The notes: generated by a model from the letters alone, not told the origin. DNA of 64,000 bases from Octopus sinensis (GCF_006345805.1 NC_042999.1:29078001-29142000), one strand, 5' to 3'; positions 40,820-53,675 are shown, counted from the stretch's first letter. Made by a program: numbers and translations.

Positions 40820-42200
40820 GGAAATCTGACAAAAATGATAGTTTCCTTAAACAAAACAGTCCACAACAGTGGTAGGGACATTGGTATGGAATTTGGGATC
40901 ACTAAATGCTCAGTACTTAATACGAAAAAGGGAAGGAATCAGCCTGCAGAGGATTGCGGTTTTCATCAGGAAAGAACATGGGTGAACCCCACGGTAGGGG
41001 AAATAAATATTTAGGGATTTTAGAGCTGAGTGACAGAGAAATGAAAGTCAAGGTCAGCGAGGCTTATCAGAAAAGGGTGAAGATGGTTGAAATCTAACTT
41101 GAATGCCAAAAATTCGGTCACCGCAGTGAAAATCTGTGCAGTTGCAGCGGTCATATATAGTGCGTTAATCCTCAAATGGATTAAGGAGGAAATATCATCA
41201 CTGGATATAAGGACGGGAAAGTTGAGGACGTTGCATGGGGCACTACACCCTAAAGCAAGTCTATATGAAAAGAACGAATGGTGGCAGAGGATTAATTAAT
41301 ATAAGGAATGAAAGGAGAATGCTTGTCGAGTATTTGATAAATGGTGATGAAGACTTACTGACATATGCCGGGAAAGATATGAGTGTAAATGCAGATGAAA
41401 TGATGGACAAGTCAGAGTTTAACGAAAGAACTGAGGAGAATACAAAAGAAGACCCTCATGAAGTGAGAATGCACCGACAGTTTGAAAGGAATGCATAAGA
41501 CGATAATACAGCATAGAGGGCATGGCTTGAGCGAGGTGATGTGAAGCGAACCAGTGAAAGCCTGATCATTGCTACACAAAGCCAGGCTCTCCTACCAATT
41601 CAGTGAAGTATAACATCTATAAAATTTCTGACACCTAGAAATGCAGACTCTCTGGAAAGGGTGTGGAAAATGTGACCCACTTGGTAAGTGGGGGCGAGCG
41701 CCTTGCAGAAAAAGAATACAAGCGCCACCACGATAAAGTGTTTGTGTATTTTCATTGGCACTTATGCCGTAAATACAAATATGAAGTAACAGAGAACTAG
41801 TATGGTCATGTACCAAGTAAAGGTATGCAGCAGGATTGAAAAGTAACGATACTTTGTGACTAAGATTTTCAGACGGATCGTGTAATAAAAATGCGTCGGC
41901 CGGATATTGTCATATTGAGTAAGGGTGACAAATAATGTCAGATCATTGATGTAGCCATACCAAACAAGATGAATGTTGTGAGTAAAGTAGTTGAAAGAAA
42001 ACATCGAGTACACCGAATTGAAAGTCTACAGGGCAAGAGTGTATGGAATGCGAGATTGTAATGTATGAGTGATGCCGGTGGTGATCGAAGCGTTGCGTTG
42101 AAATACCATTGAATCTTCAAGATTAAGGGTGCATCTTAAGGGAAGTATTAGCTGTCTGGGTTCCTTGCTGTGACTTGACAGATGACTAAAACCCTGTGTA
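40820..42200 (+). mobile_element. Dong/R4-type fragment, second subfamily
   Basis: Pieces read IGMEFGITKC, YLGILEL, LHGALHPK, GGRGLINI, ENVTHLVSG, KRHHDKV...FHWHLCRKY and RRPDIV...CQIIDVAIP. A TAA tract follows. Confidence 0.8.
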
Positions 42201-42222
42201 TTTTACCTACACTCTGTTACGA

Positions 42223-42391
42223 AATAATAATAATAACAACAACAACAGCAATAATAATAATGATAATGATAAAAATAATGATGATGATGATGATAATAAT
42301 AATAATAATAATAGTAGTTGTAATAATAATGATAATGATAAAAATAATGATGATGATGATGATAATAATAATAATAATAATAATAGTAGTT

Positions 42392-42427
<36 letters not shown>

Positions 42428-42453
42428 TTAATAATAATAATAATAATGATAAT
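42223..42453. repeat. Compound (TAA)n/(TGA)n microsatellite with an internal duplicated block
   Basis: Direct reading. The block AATAATAATGATAATGATAAAAATAATGATGATGATGATGATAATAATAAT...AGTAGTTGT occurs twice. Confidence 0.95.
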
Positions 42454-42479
42454 GTGCCATAAACAAGCCTTGCTACACA

Positions 42480-44470
42480 TATTTGAACCAGCTGGGTATG
42501 TTCCACATTATTGAAAATGGACTCACGAATCAGAGAAGAATAATTCTAAATAGGGGTTTTTTAAATGAGGCTTAGATTCAGACATTCAGGAAAAGACTCA
42601 GTAGTGGTTAAAATCTTGAGAAGAAGAACGTAGATGAAGATCAGCAAATGCGTAGGCATGGTCAAGTTGTGGTGAAAGAGAGACCGGCCAATCAAATAAT
42701 GTAGAAAACACTGAAATAAGAAAGGATGTGAACGAGGAACAGAGAAGCCTCAGGGAAAGACTCGAGTATATTAGAATTACAAGAACAGAGGCCAGTCGGT
42801 GAATCAGACAAGCTTCGACCGTAACACTGTAAAACTCGCGACCCAAAAAGTTGAGATTCTGAAAGACATTCTGCCAAAAGATCTAACAGAAACAAGGGAC
42901 GTGGTCAAATCCGCTTCATTTTTTGTAAGTGAATTTTTAGGTAAGAAGAAGAGGAAAGTAGATGAATAGAAGGAAGCATGGTGGGAGCCAAGAAATGAAG
43001 GCGATATTCTAAGTTAACGGAAAGATCTGATCCGCAGAGAAGAGAGGTAAAGGACAATGGAAAAATGGAAAAAAAGTACACAGGCATATCTTGATGCACA
43101 GACCGAAAGAGAAAAAAAACAATTCAAAGCTGTCATCGAAATACTAATACAAGGTATGCAGGCTAAAAACATAAAAGGTGAAGCGTCACACTGATCGCAT
43201 TTCACATTTCCATCAAAACCGGCTATTCGGAAAGAACCAGAGGCAGTTATTTTAAGGGCTTAGGAGGAAACACAGAAGATAATTTACCTCCTGAAGCCGA
43301 AGAAACACACCAATTTTGAAATAGCATATGGAGATGAGACATTTTGTAAAACCAAAGAGCTGAAGGGATTTATTCCCTAAGATCAGAAATCTATCACTCG
43401 GACGCTCCACGACAGGACCAAGTACTCATAACAGCAGAAGATGTCCTTGCCCAGGTATGAAAACTGCCAAACTAGAAAGCAACTGGGCATGACACAATTT
43501 AGGGCTACTGGCTGAAGTTGTTTAGGTCAATACAGAAGAGAACTGCGTTGCAATTAGACAATTGCCTACAAAGCGGTACAGTTCCGGAGTGGATGATAGA
43601 GGGAAGAATGACATTGTTAATGAAAGATTGGTCAAAGGGCAATTAGGTTGGCAATCTCCGACACATTGCTTGTCTTCACCGCCTATGGAAAGAATTACCA
43701 GGTACCCTAACAGTAAAAATATATACCTTCCTTGCGGAAAACAATCTTCTGCCAGTAGAACAAAAGGGATGCTGAAAAGAATCCAAGGGCTCCACAGACC
43801 ACATTGTGATAGACAAGATTATAATGAAGAACTGTAAACGGTCCCAAAAACTAAGGCATGGCCTGGGAAAGTTGACGCATTCGTGGATTTTGGGAACACT
43901 CGACATGTGTGGAACAGCAGAGCACGTCTGTGCACTGATTAAGTAGAGCATGCCTAGTTGGAAAACGCATCAATCAGAAACGGTAACTTCAAACGAAACA
44001 CATGTTCACCTCTATTATTTGTTATAGACTGGATTCCACTTTCTGTAGTCCTACGTAAAACCAACGTGCACTATGAGCTGAGAATGAACGGACCTCATCT
44101 CAACAACCTTCTCTTCATAGGCAATTTAAAACTGTTCGCAAAATCAGAGCCTGAAATAGAGCAACTAGTTGAGACAGAAAATGTGCACCAAGTATATAGA
44201 GATGGAGTTCGGTATCTTGAAGTGTGCGATGCTTACTTGCAAGCTGAAGGAAGAGTAAATAGTATGAGCATAGAATTGTCAAACAGAAAGAGAATAGAAG
44301 ACTGGGATGGCTGTGAGAATAAGTACTTTGGGATCCTGGAGCTGCACAATATCTTGCAAAGAAAAATGAAATACAAGGTGACTGCATATTTCAGGCGCCT
44401 CATACGTCTCTAGAAATCGAATCTCGACTCAAGGAACATTGTCACTGCCATAAAAATATGGGCTACAGAA
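42480..44470 (+). mobile_element. Dong/R4-type fragment (N-terminal region + RT), decayed
   Basis: Pieces read VPEWMIEGRMTLLMKD..KG, IACLHRLWK, IVIDKIIMKNCKR, SPLLFVI..IPLSVVLRK, LNNLLFIGNLKLFAKSE (decayed YxDD region) and KYFGILEL. Confidence 0.75.
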
Positions 44471-44780
44471 ATGTCTCTGAACGCAAATTGTTACTGTAAT
44501 AATTTCCGGTGACAGTTAAACTTCTCATGCCATGAAAATTAACCGAAATTACCACATGAGCTTGCGGAAAAAAAGGAAATGTACTATGAATGTTAATTTT
44601 ACATTTAATTTTAATAATAGCTCTTTTTCTTTGTACTTATTCCATTTTAATAAAAAAAATAAATAAGGAGTTTTCAAAAACAAACCAAAACATTCTACTT
44701 TTAATATATTTGTGTAAAAGAAAATTAAAATGTACCAAATTTGAAGAATGTAGCATTTTCGTCCTTCTTTATCATTATGC

Positions 44781-44843
<63 letters not shown>

Positions 44844-44851
44844 TATATGTA

Positions 44852-44886
<35 letters not shown>

Positions 44887-45229
44887 GAATATACATATAT
44901 GTATTCATATATGTGTATATGTATATATATGTATATAAATATATGTATTTATATATTTATATGTAGGTACATATATGTATGTATATATATATATATGTAT
45001 ATATACATGTACGTACACATGTATATATATGTATATATACATGTACATATATATATATTATTTAAAAGCAATATGCATATCACAAAATAAGTTACTCACA
45101 GTGGAAATGAGAAACTCTGAGTAACAGCATTTGTCGAATTACTGGTGCTTTTAACTAAAGCATATTACTCTACCTCTGTTATTCGAGTACTCTATTTTCC
45201 ACATTGTTTCACATTTATGTCCTCACTCC

Positions 45230-45301
<72 letters not shown>

Positions 45302-45342
45302 ATATACACATATATGTATTTATGTATATATGTATATATATG

Positions 45343-45380
<38 letters not shown>

Positions 45381-45551
45381 ATTAATTGCTATCGCCATAT
45401 CAATATGGCAATCTTATAGATATAAGACTAAAAGCTGTCCCTGATTAGCTCCATGAGGCCATCGCCTTAAGATAGCTATAAGACACACAAACTGTGTCCA
45501 TTAGAAACTTCGAACAAGGGAGGTCAGCCGCTTCACACTGCTAGTCAGACA

Positions 45552-45594
45552 GCTACCGACGCGTTTCAGGGTATTTGCCCCTTGTCAATGTAGC
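45552..45594 (-). ncRNA. Type I hammerhead ribozyme motif with U3-A8 core variant
   Basis: The reverse complement reads GCTAC.A-TTGACAA-GGGG.CAAATA.CCCT-GAA-AC.GC.GT-C-G.GTAGC. Stem III is the palindrome ACGCGT and the triplet is GUC (C45558). Stem I extends through bulges (45538-45556 with 45590-45610). Confidence 0.7.
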
Positions 45595-45859
45595 GTAGTC
45601 GACTTAGCAGGTGTCGCCACTGATCGTATCTGTTCGAAGGTTCTGTTTACCTCTTTTCGGTGGAATACATCCACATGTTTTCAATAATAGAAATATTAAA
45701 ATTACTAAGTCTCTCTAAAAGAGATTACGTACATATGTATATATATGGTTATATATATATGTATATATCTATGTATGTATATACACACACATACATACAC
45801 ACACGCATATATATATATATATATATATATCTATGTGTGTGTGTGTGTGTATGTATATA

Positions 45860-46815
45860 TATTGGTTTGTCCGGAAAGTTCGTGCCGATTTTTAAAGAAA
45901 AAATGTCAATAAATACTTGCCATTACATTTTTGATCAACGAAATCTCAACCATTTTCTTGCACAATGCGTCTCTATTTTTCCTTTACCTTGAAAATCCCC
46001 TCTTCACATAATTGAGGTAGTTTCAGGGCAAAGAATTCATCAAGAAATATTTTTTCGTCATGGAAGGAATTGAAATCTGAAGGAACAATATCAGGTGAAT
46101 ATGGAGGATGGGGTAACACATCCCAGCCGACCTGCAGCTGTTTTTGTCTTGTTCCCAAAAATACGTACTGTCTTGCATTATCATGTTGGAAAATAACACC
46201 CTTCCTGTTGGCCAATTCTGGACGTTTCTGCTTTTGACTCGTCCAGTTGTGTGCTGTATTTCTCACAATTAATTGTCTGGTTACTTGGGAGAAACTCATA
46301 GTACAGAATTCCTTTCCAATCCGACCAGGCACAGAGCAAGACTTTTTTAAACTGAAGACTCGATTTTGGGGTAGCTAAGGGTGGCTCATATCGCTTACTC
46401 TAGGTTCGCTTTCTCTGAACATTTTAGTAGATACTCCATTTCTCATCACCTGTCACAATTTGCTTTAAAAAAGGCGCGTTTTCATTTCGTGTATACAGTG
46501 AATCACAGATGGAAATGCGATCCCAAATGCTTTTCTCACTCAACTCATGTCGTACCCAAACATCCTAGCCATTTGTGTACCTACGCTTTACCAGGTGCTC
46601 ATGAACGACGGATTTTGATAGGTTGAGGCTTTCTGCAAATTCTCCGGTTGTGCAATTTGGCTGATTTTCAATTAATGATTTGATTTGGTCATCTTCTGTT
46701 GTTGATGGTCTGTCTGATCGCTCTTTATGAATAAGGCTACAATCCCCAGCTCGGAGCCTTGCTAACACCTTCCGTACCGTTCTTTTGGATATATATCCAT
46801 ATATATGCCATGTTG
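45860..46815 (-). mobile_element. Mariner (Tc1/mariner) transposon relic, 5' end lost
   Basis: Pieces read HDNAR...GWDVLPHPPYSPDIVPSD (catalytic C-terminus) and ISKRTVRKVLARLRAGDCSL...RPSTTEDDQIKSLIE (HTH region). A TIR-like ATTGGTTTGTCCGGAAAGTTCGTGCCGATTTT begins at 45861 after TA. Confidence 0.88.
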
Positions 46816-47006
46816 ATTCGCTAGCTTGTGCACGCATTTTTTTCTCTCCTTGTTTCTTTCCGTGTTTCTTTTCTGTGTATCTTTCTGTTGAAGAGCGTAG
46901 GCTCGAAACGTAAAAGACTTGTTTTATTTATATTCCTGAGCGCCATACTAATACAATTGTTTGTTTGTATTCCACCTGCCTTTGTCTTTTGTTTATTTTC
47001 ATAAAG
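46816..47006 (+). mobile_element. Solo Penelope-like terminal repeat fragment
   Basis: Homologous to the 5' terminal region of the PLE at 17760-17960 (minus strand), with 31/38 identity over the HHR block. It ends in (TA)n. Confidence 0.65.
46880..46917 (+). ncRNA. Minimal hammerhead-like motif with atypical core
   Basis: TCTTT-CTGTTGA-A-GAGC.GTAG.GCTC-GAA-ACGT-A-AAAGA. Stem I is 5 bp, stem II is 4 bp and stem III is a loop-less palindrome (ACGT). The core has U at position 6 and an extra A before stem II. Confidence 0.55.
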
Positions 47007-47024
47007 CTTCCCGTTATATATATA

Positions 47025-47072
<48 letters not shown>

Positions 47073-47079
47073 TATATAT

Positions 47080-47111
<32 letters not shown>

Positions 47112-47699
47112 TATATGCATGCATGTTAGTACTTCTGTAATTACATATATTTGTGTCTGGGTCTGTATCCAGCAAGGTGCATGTTTATTGTCTTAACTCT
47201 TCCTGGAACACCATTCATATATTTGTTCACATGGAAAATTCTTATCCTTGTCAAATGCGTATCTCACAGTTTTGCCGCGCAGTTCTTTAGTTCCAAACGT
47301 TGGATGATTATGTTTTCAGACAAGTTTTTTTTTTTCATATCCACGAATAATTTTCATTATAAGAAGAGTTAACCTTAATATATCATGTCACAGAATCAAT
47401 CTTAAGATACTCAATATTCAATCTATACTCAATATTTCCACACTCTCTCAGAGCTATTTTCTCTTAGAGGACATTATTAATTTCTCTGATTCTTTCAAAA
47501 AAAATTATTCATAACTATGATATCTATTAATTCACGCTATACAAAATGTTCGCCTTTGCAATTTTGATCTATTGCATGGAAAGAACGAAATTAAATAAAT
47601 GTGTCTTATACTTTATTAATTTGCTTCTAATCCTAGTCGACATTTTAATATTGTTTTTATTCATTATGCTTGGTTGGTCTCAAGTGATGGAATGACATA

Positions 47700-48230
47700 A
47701 TTATCATTACATTCCGGGTCGCGTCAGACAATACCACTTCAACACGATGAATCTGAACTTAACCATGGGAAGTAATTTGACGTTAAATAAATTGCTTGAA
47801 GAAAATTCATTGCAAATACACAGCTATCTAGCGGTTTAGGTGAAGATTGCTTAAACGTTTTCAAAAAACACATATAACAACTGATGTGAGATACAAAAGG
47901 GTTGTGAGGGATAAGTGTTGGAATAGGTATAAGAAGGGGTCTGGAGTAAGTAAATGGAAGACTTAGTGTAGAATCATTTGGGAGATGTATATTGAGCTGA
48001 TATAAAAGCTGAAACAACTTACTGTTAGTAACCGTGTGGTATACTTCCTTCTAGACACACTGAAACGATAAGAATTGTTGAATGAAATATTAATTTTCCT
48101 GCCAATCACACGAAGACATATATATGCGTGGAAACGTCTAAAGAAGCCGAGAATAGAAATAATTATAGTTAATCGTAGAAAACTTATTTTATTTATATGA
48201 ATGTTCATTATTTGCGAAAACAATTGGATA
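47700..48230 (-). mobile_element. Possible decayed PLE N-terminal region
   Basis: Composition and translated pieces loosely resemble 16900-17300. No decisive motif. Confidence 0.3.
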
Positions 48231-48531
48231 TTCTGCTAAGTTATACATTGATAATTAATACAACCATTATGTCTGCGGCATATGTAACATAAGAATCTGA
48301 TTATATACTGTCAATTCAAGGGAAATTCAGGTTTCAGTTGAAATTAAGAAATCAAAGCAATAATATATATCTACATGTGTATGTGTGTGCTTGTGTGTAT
48401 ACATATATTCGTACATACTTTTATCTCACTATCTATCTACCTGTCTTTCTATCAATCTATATATCTCTTATATACATAGATATATATACAAACACATATA
48501 TAAGTAAATATATATATGTATATATATATAC

Positions 48532-48616
<85 letters not shown>

Positions 48617-48765
48617 AATTGGTGGAAAGGGGAGAGCAGAAATTCTTCGCTTGCATATTTTGAGTTTGCTGGCACTGTTAGTTTTTAGCAGATCTTCAAA
48701 AGCGATAAGAAGCCGAAAGGGTATGCTCCCACTTTCAGTGTTTTCAAATCCAAACCAAGGAGTTC

Positions 48766-48817
48766 TGAGCTGATGATAGAAATGTCGAGTTGACTAATCT
48801 AGAAACGTACGTTCTCA
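48766..48817 (+). ncRNA. Type I hammerhead ribozyme motif, PLE-type
   Basis: TGAG-CTGATGA-TAGA...GTC.GAGTT.GAC...TCTA-GAA-ACGTACGT-T-CTCA. The core is canonical, stem III is a fully palindromic 8-mer and the triplet is GUU (T48813). Confidence 0.75.
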
Positions 48818-49203
48818 AATAACCTTTGCATTTGATTTTTTAATGTCTTTACCTCCATACTTTCGTGAGTTGAATTGAGCAAACACTATATGAGAGAGAT
48901 TTTTTTAAGTATTAGAAATAGTTTTAAAAAAGTTTTTTTAGCTACTATTTCTAATGAGTTCAGTATGTGGCAAAGTAATTTATTTTACTAAGCCCTTTTA
49001 TATAATGTAATAATTTGAATTCGCCTTAAATGGTCCCTTTGCATACTGAACACTTGGTGAAATTGATTAATAATTAATTAATTTTACCCTCAATTGTTGA
49101 AATATATATATATATATATATATAAAGTTAATCCAAACAAGAAAACAAACGCAAGAACGTGGAACAAATAAAGTATTATATATATATATATACATATATT
49201 GAT

Positions 49204-49249
<46 letters not shown>

Positions 49250-49268
49250 TATATATATATGTGTGTGT

Positions 49269-49315
<47 letters not shown>

Positions 49316-49499
49316 TATGTGTGTACATACATATATGTATATAAGACAAAAATTAGTGAAAAAACTACAGAAGGCTTGCGTTATAAGTTTAAAGAATATA
49401 ATTTGATCGTTATGTTAGAAAAATGTAAGAAAATGTTGCGTATAGTAACATAGTTTCTGGAGAAATAACCGTTTTGTATTTTTGTTTTTCAAATTTCGC

Positions 49500-50400
49500 A
49501 AATTTCTTTACCTATATCGTGTCATGACTTCGCAGTGTTGTGAATTATGGAGTTCCAGGCAGGAGAAGGTAAGCAGAGATTTTTCCTGTATAGGGGATTA
49601 TCCTTCCTTAGTACCGGTTCCCATATGCTTTTCATGTCTGCACTAGGTCAGTTTAGGAGTATGTTGTGTCCACGCATGTGCTGCATCTTTTAGTTAACTT
49701 GAAGACTATTTTTGTTGAAGATCTTGTGTTAGTTGTGTTGAGGTGGAATGTGGTTGTCTTTTAGTATTATGTATTTCTTAGCTCTGTTGGTAGCAATATT
49801 CATGCCTTAAGTTGGCTTAAACCGTAATATTTTCCTCTGCGTCTTCTTGTACTATTTATACTTGGTTCAATGTAGTATAAGCTAGTCATGAAATTTAACA
49901 TTTCTAATAGAGCATCATAATAATGGGGGGATCTATCAATAGTGATTTTGTTGGCGTATAAATCGGAAATGTGTTCGCTTAAGTTGTTAACCGTTTATTT
50001 ACTACTGCTGGGTGGTTTGAACCTATATCTATTTAAGAGGCTTTCTTGTTTGTTTTGTGGTAGGGGTTAAATATTTCCCGTGTTAAAATCAATGTTAATG
50101 TATAGAAAGTTTCTTCTTGGAGTTTTGTACTAATTCTGGTTCTAAGGCCTATTTCGCTAAATATTTTGCATAAATATTTCCTTATTCAATTCATATCTTG
50201 TCTGTTTTTAATTGTATATAACTCTCTGTTCATCGTCCCTATGCACACAGGCTTATTGTTTTTCTGAAGGGTATCTAGGATAGAAACACCTAGAAAGTCA
50301 GCACCGTCATAGCTCCCTATTACCAATCGTCCCAATTGTTTTTTTACCCAGGAGGGCTTATAATACAAGAGTAAATAATTCCTTATATTCATTCTTATAT
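49500..50400 (-). mobile_element. Penelope-like RT/thumb relic (Penelope/Poseidon-like)
   Basis: PSWVKKQLGRLVIGSYDGAD resembles the W.KK..FDV.MGSYDGAE RT motif. Downstream pieces resemble GSNHP, IATN and KIFNKNSLQVNY. Confidence 0.65.
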
Positions 50401-50600
50401 CTGTAACTGAAGCAAGCTTTTGGTGATCAAGGGGTGAACTCTACATTAATCCCATAAAAAAGTGAAATGGGAAGTATTACTAAATACATATCAGTTAATA
50501 TTACAGAACATATGGGAGCACACTCAAATCATACTCAATGGATATGCAGTAATGTAACTTCTTGGATGGTTTAAGAAAACAGAAAAGCCCAAATGCAAAT

Positions 50601-50876
50601 GATATCATAACCAAGATAGGTAAAGGGTATGTATATATCAGTTAATAATGAAAGATTACATAGAATCAGTTTAATATCCATTCATGTACTCAATTAACGA
50701 ACTATTAGGTAGGATCTATAATGACTGCTCCTAAAATGATATCATAAACAAATTAGGTAAAAGGCTTGTTTATATCAAATATAAACGTTAAAAAGGAAGA
50801 TTATATATAATCAGTTTAATATCCATTCATGTACTTAATTAATGAACAATTAGTTGGATTCTATAAAGACAGCTCC
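50601..50876. repeat. Degenerate 137-bp tandem repeat, 2 copies
   Basis: GATATCATAA...TAGGTAAA...AATCAGTTTAATATCCATTCATGTACT.AATTAA.GAAC.ATTAG starts at 50601 and again at 50738. Confidence 0.8.
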
Positions 50877-50901
50877 AGGCATTTACATGCGGAATAAATG
50901 G

Positions 50902-50937
<36 letters not shown>

Positions 50938-51109
50938 TGTCTATTAATTTTAAGCCATGAATCAGAAAGCTATAAAGCTGCTTACAGATACATAGAATCA
51001 ATGATATCTTTGCAAGTATCTTCTCGTGAATTAGTTGCTCTGTATTGAAATACCCACTACACACACACACAGACACACACACAGGCACACACAAAACACA
51101 CACACACAA

Positions 51110-51213
<104 letters not shown>

Positions 51214-51453
51214 TATATATATAAATGTGACGAAAGAGCAAAATTGAGCACTTTTGATATCTCTTCTCTATCACGCGTGTTTCATTGATGCTTTATCTCA
51301 ATGGGAATTTGTTCATAATCTTATTTCTATGTCGAATGGAATTTTAATAGGAGATTCCTTACATGTAGTCGTTTGTAATTCCTGTTAGCAGACGAAACAC
51401 GTATAATATAGAGAAACTAATACCGAAACTTTCCACATTCATGTCTAGTTTAA

Positions 51454-52560
51454 TACGAAGGATACCCAAAAGTAACCGGAACATTCTCTGTGGGATAAGG
51501 GAATTGTAGTTCAGGCTTCTGCCGCTAGGAGTCATTTGATGCAGTCCACAGGTATCAGACTGCTGATAAGCATCCTTAGTTGATGCCGTACTGTCAGCCG
51601 TGTGCCTTTATTTGTCTGTGTGTCTCCCTTATTCATCGGTCATTGCGATGGTTGAAGCGAAGGAACAGCGTGTTTCCATGAATTTATGTCTTCTTCCCGG
51701 GAAAACGGTGGCAGAAACATTTGTCTTGTTTCCAACACCTGCCATTAACAAAAGCTGCCATTAGCAAAACGCAAGTTTAAGAGTTGTTTTCACGCTTTAG
51801 GAATGGTCACGTATCTCGTTGAAGGTGAACTTCGATCTCCTAAACGAACGAAAATAACACAAACATTCATGAACTGACCATCGTAGAGCAATTGCCGAAC
51901 TTGTTGATATGACTAGTGTGATCTGGAGCTCTTGTTGACGAATTGTGAGCAAGGAATTGCAAATGAAATCAGTTTCACCATAATTTGTGAGTCATTTGCT
52001 ATCGAAGATAGAAATAGTCTCGAATGAATTCATGTCGGGAACTGAAGGTAAAGGTAGAAGTTAAATTGAGTCATTTAATTCGAAGATCACTACTGGTGAT
52101 AAAAGCTGGTGTTACGGCTACAACTCGGAAACGAAGCAGTAATCGGGTCAATGCAACAATTCGATGACATCAAAAGTGCGTCATGTGAAGTCCAATGTCA
52201 AGATGATAGGGATTTGCTTTATCAATGCAATAGGAATTGTCCTCATAGACTTTGTTCCACCTAGTGAAACTGTTAACTAGCCATTTTACTTGACAGTTCT
52301 GATTCAATTCCTAGAGTTGGAGTAACGAAAACACACCGATCATGGCAAAGGCGATCATATGGCTTTCCTCACGGCAACGTGCTTGTGCACAACACCTTGA
52401 TTTTGAGACAGTTTTTGCCAGAAAAGACATGATCCATTGTGCAACCCGTCTATTTGCGAGATCTTGCTCCCTGCGACATTTTTGTCTTCCTCCTAATGAA
52501 AAAATACTTAAAAGAACATATTTTACAAATGTGGTTATGAAAGACACGGCGATGGCGTAA
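51454..52560 (+). mobile_element. Mariner transposon relic, second family
   Basis: The 5' end TACGAAGGATACCCAAAAGTAACCGGA is TIR-like. Translated pieces read MVEAKEQRV, GKTVAETF, ITTGDKSWCYGYNSETKQ, KVRHVKSNVKM, FVPPSETVN and DLAPCDIF. Confidence 0.85.
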
Positions 52561-52699
52561 AAAAGGCTTCACTTCGCAAGAGTGTCACACACAGACAGAG
52601 ACAAACACACACATAAACACACACATACACACATATATAATATTCTTGACTCCGAGGTTTTGGCCAGCTCACCCATGATCGAACTTTTGTGCATTTGAT

Positions 52700-53579
52700 T
52701 TCGTCTTGGTTTTATATAATTTCTGTTAACTTGTTTAGGTTATGCTTAGTTCTGTGAAGTGATATTGAGGTTGTATAGTAGGCTCTAGCAGGAAAATGTC
52801 ATAGGGAACATAATTTGTTAAAGTTCAGATTGTGTTAAAATTTAGAATTTATTCACACGTATCGTCAATGAGGTTGATGCAATCCAGCCTCAAAATGTAT
52901 GGTGACTCATTGTGTTTGTTATGTAGAGGGTACTTTAGCACTGGTGAGTGGTTTTGTGAGATATTTGGATCCTCATTTGCTTTTGTTTATTTCCAGTGGT
53001 TGTTTCATTCTTGGGTCGTGACTCAAATGTGGAATATTTTGGTGAATAATGTTGTAATTCCCTGCGCTGTTCGGCAGAGTGCTGTAATAAACGTTAAAAA
53101 TATTTGGCGTATGTGAAGTGTTTCTGCTTTGTTTCTCCTAATTCTTGAATATCCATTGATTTGACACGCTCTTTTCCATTGTCTCATAACATTGAAGACT
53201 GCTTTCTTTCAAGTATCATTTGTTTTAATTGCTGGAGTCATTCATTGAGAGCTCGAAAATTTGAAACAATTGTGCAGATTCTTCTTGCTATATTCAATGG
53301 CATATTAATCTTCTCGAAGTTGTAATGGTGTGAGTAGAACAGCAGGTATTGTCTAGAAACATTTACTTTGTAATTAATGTCTTTTTGAATAATTTTGTGT
53401 CTGCTTCGGTTATTAGAATGTTCAGGAATGGTAGTTGAGTTTTACTGTATTCCATGGTGAGATTATTACTATTGTCTTTGGTGTCAACGAGATTTTAGAA
53501 ATCAATAAGCTGGTCAAATATATTCATCCACAGAATCAGGCAGTTATCTAACAAATGAATATATATATAAATATATATA

Positions 53580-53675
<96 letters not shown>

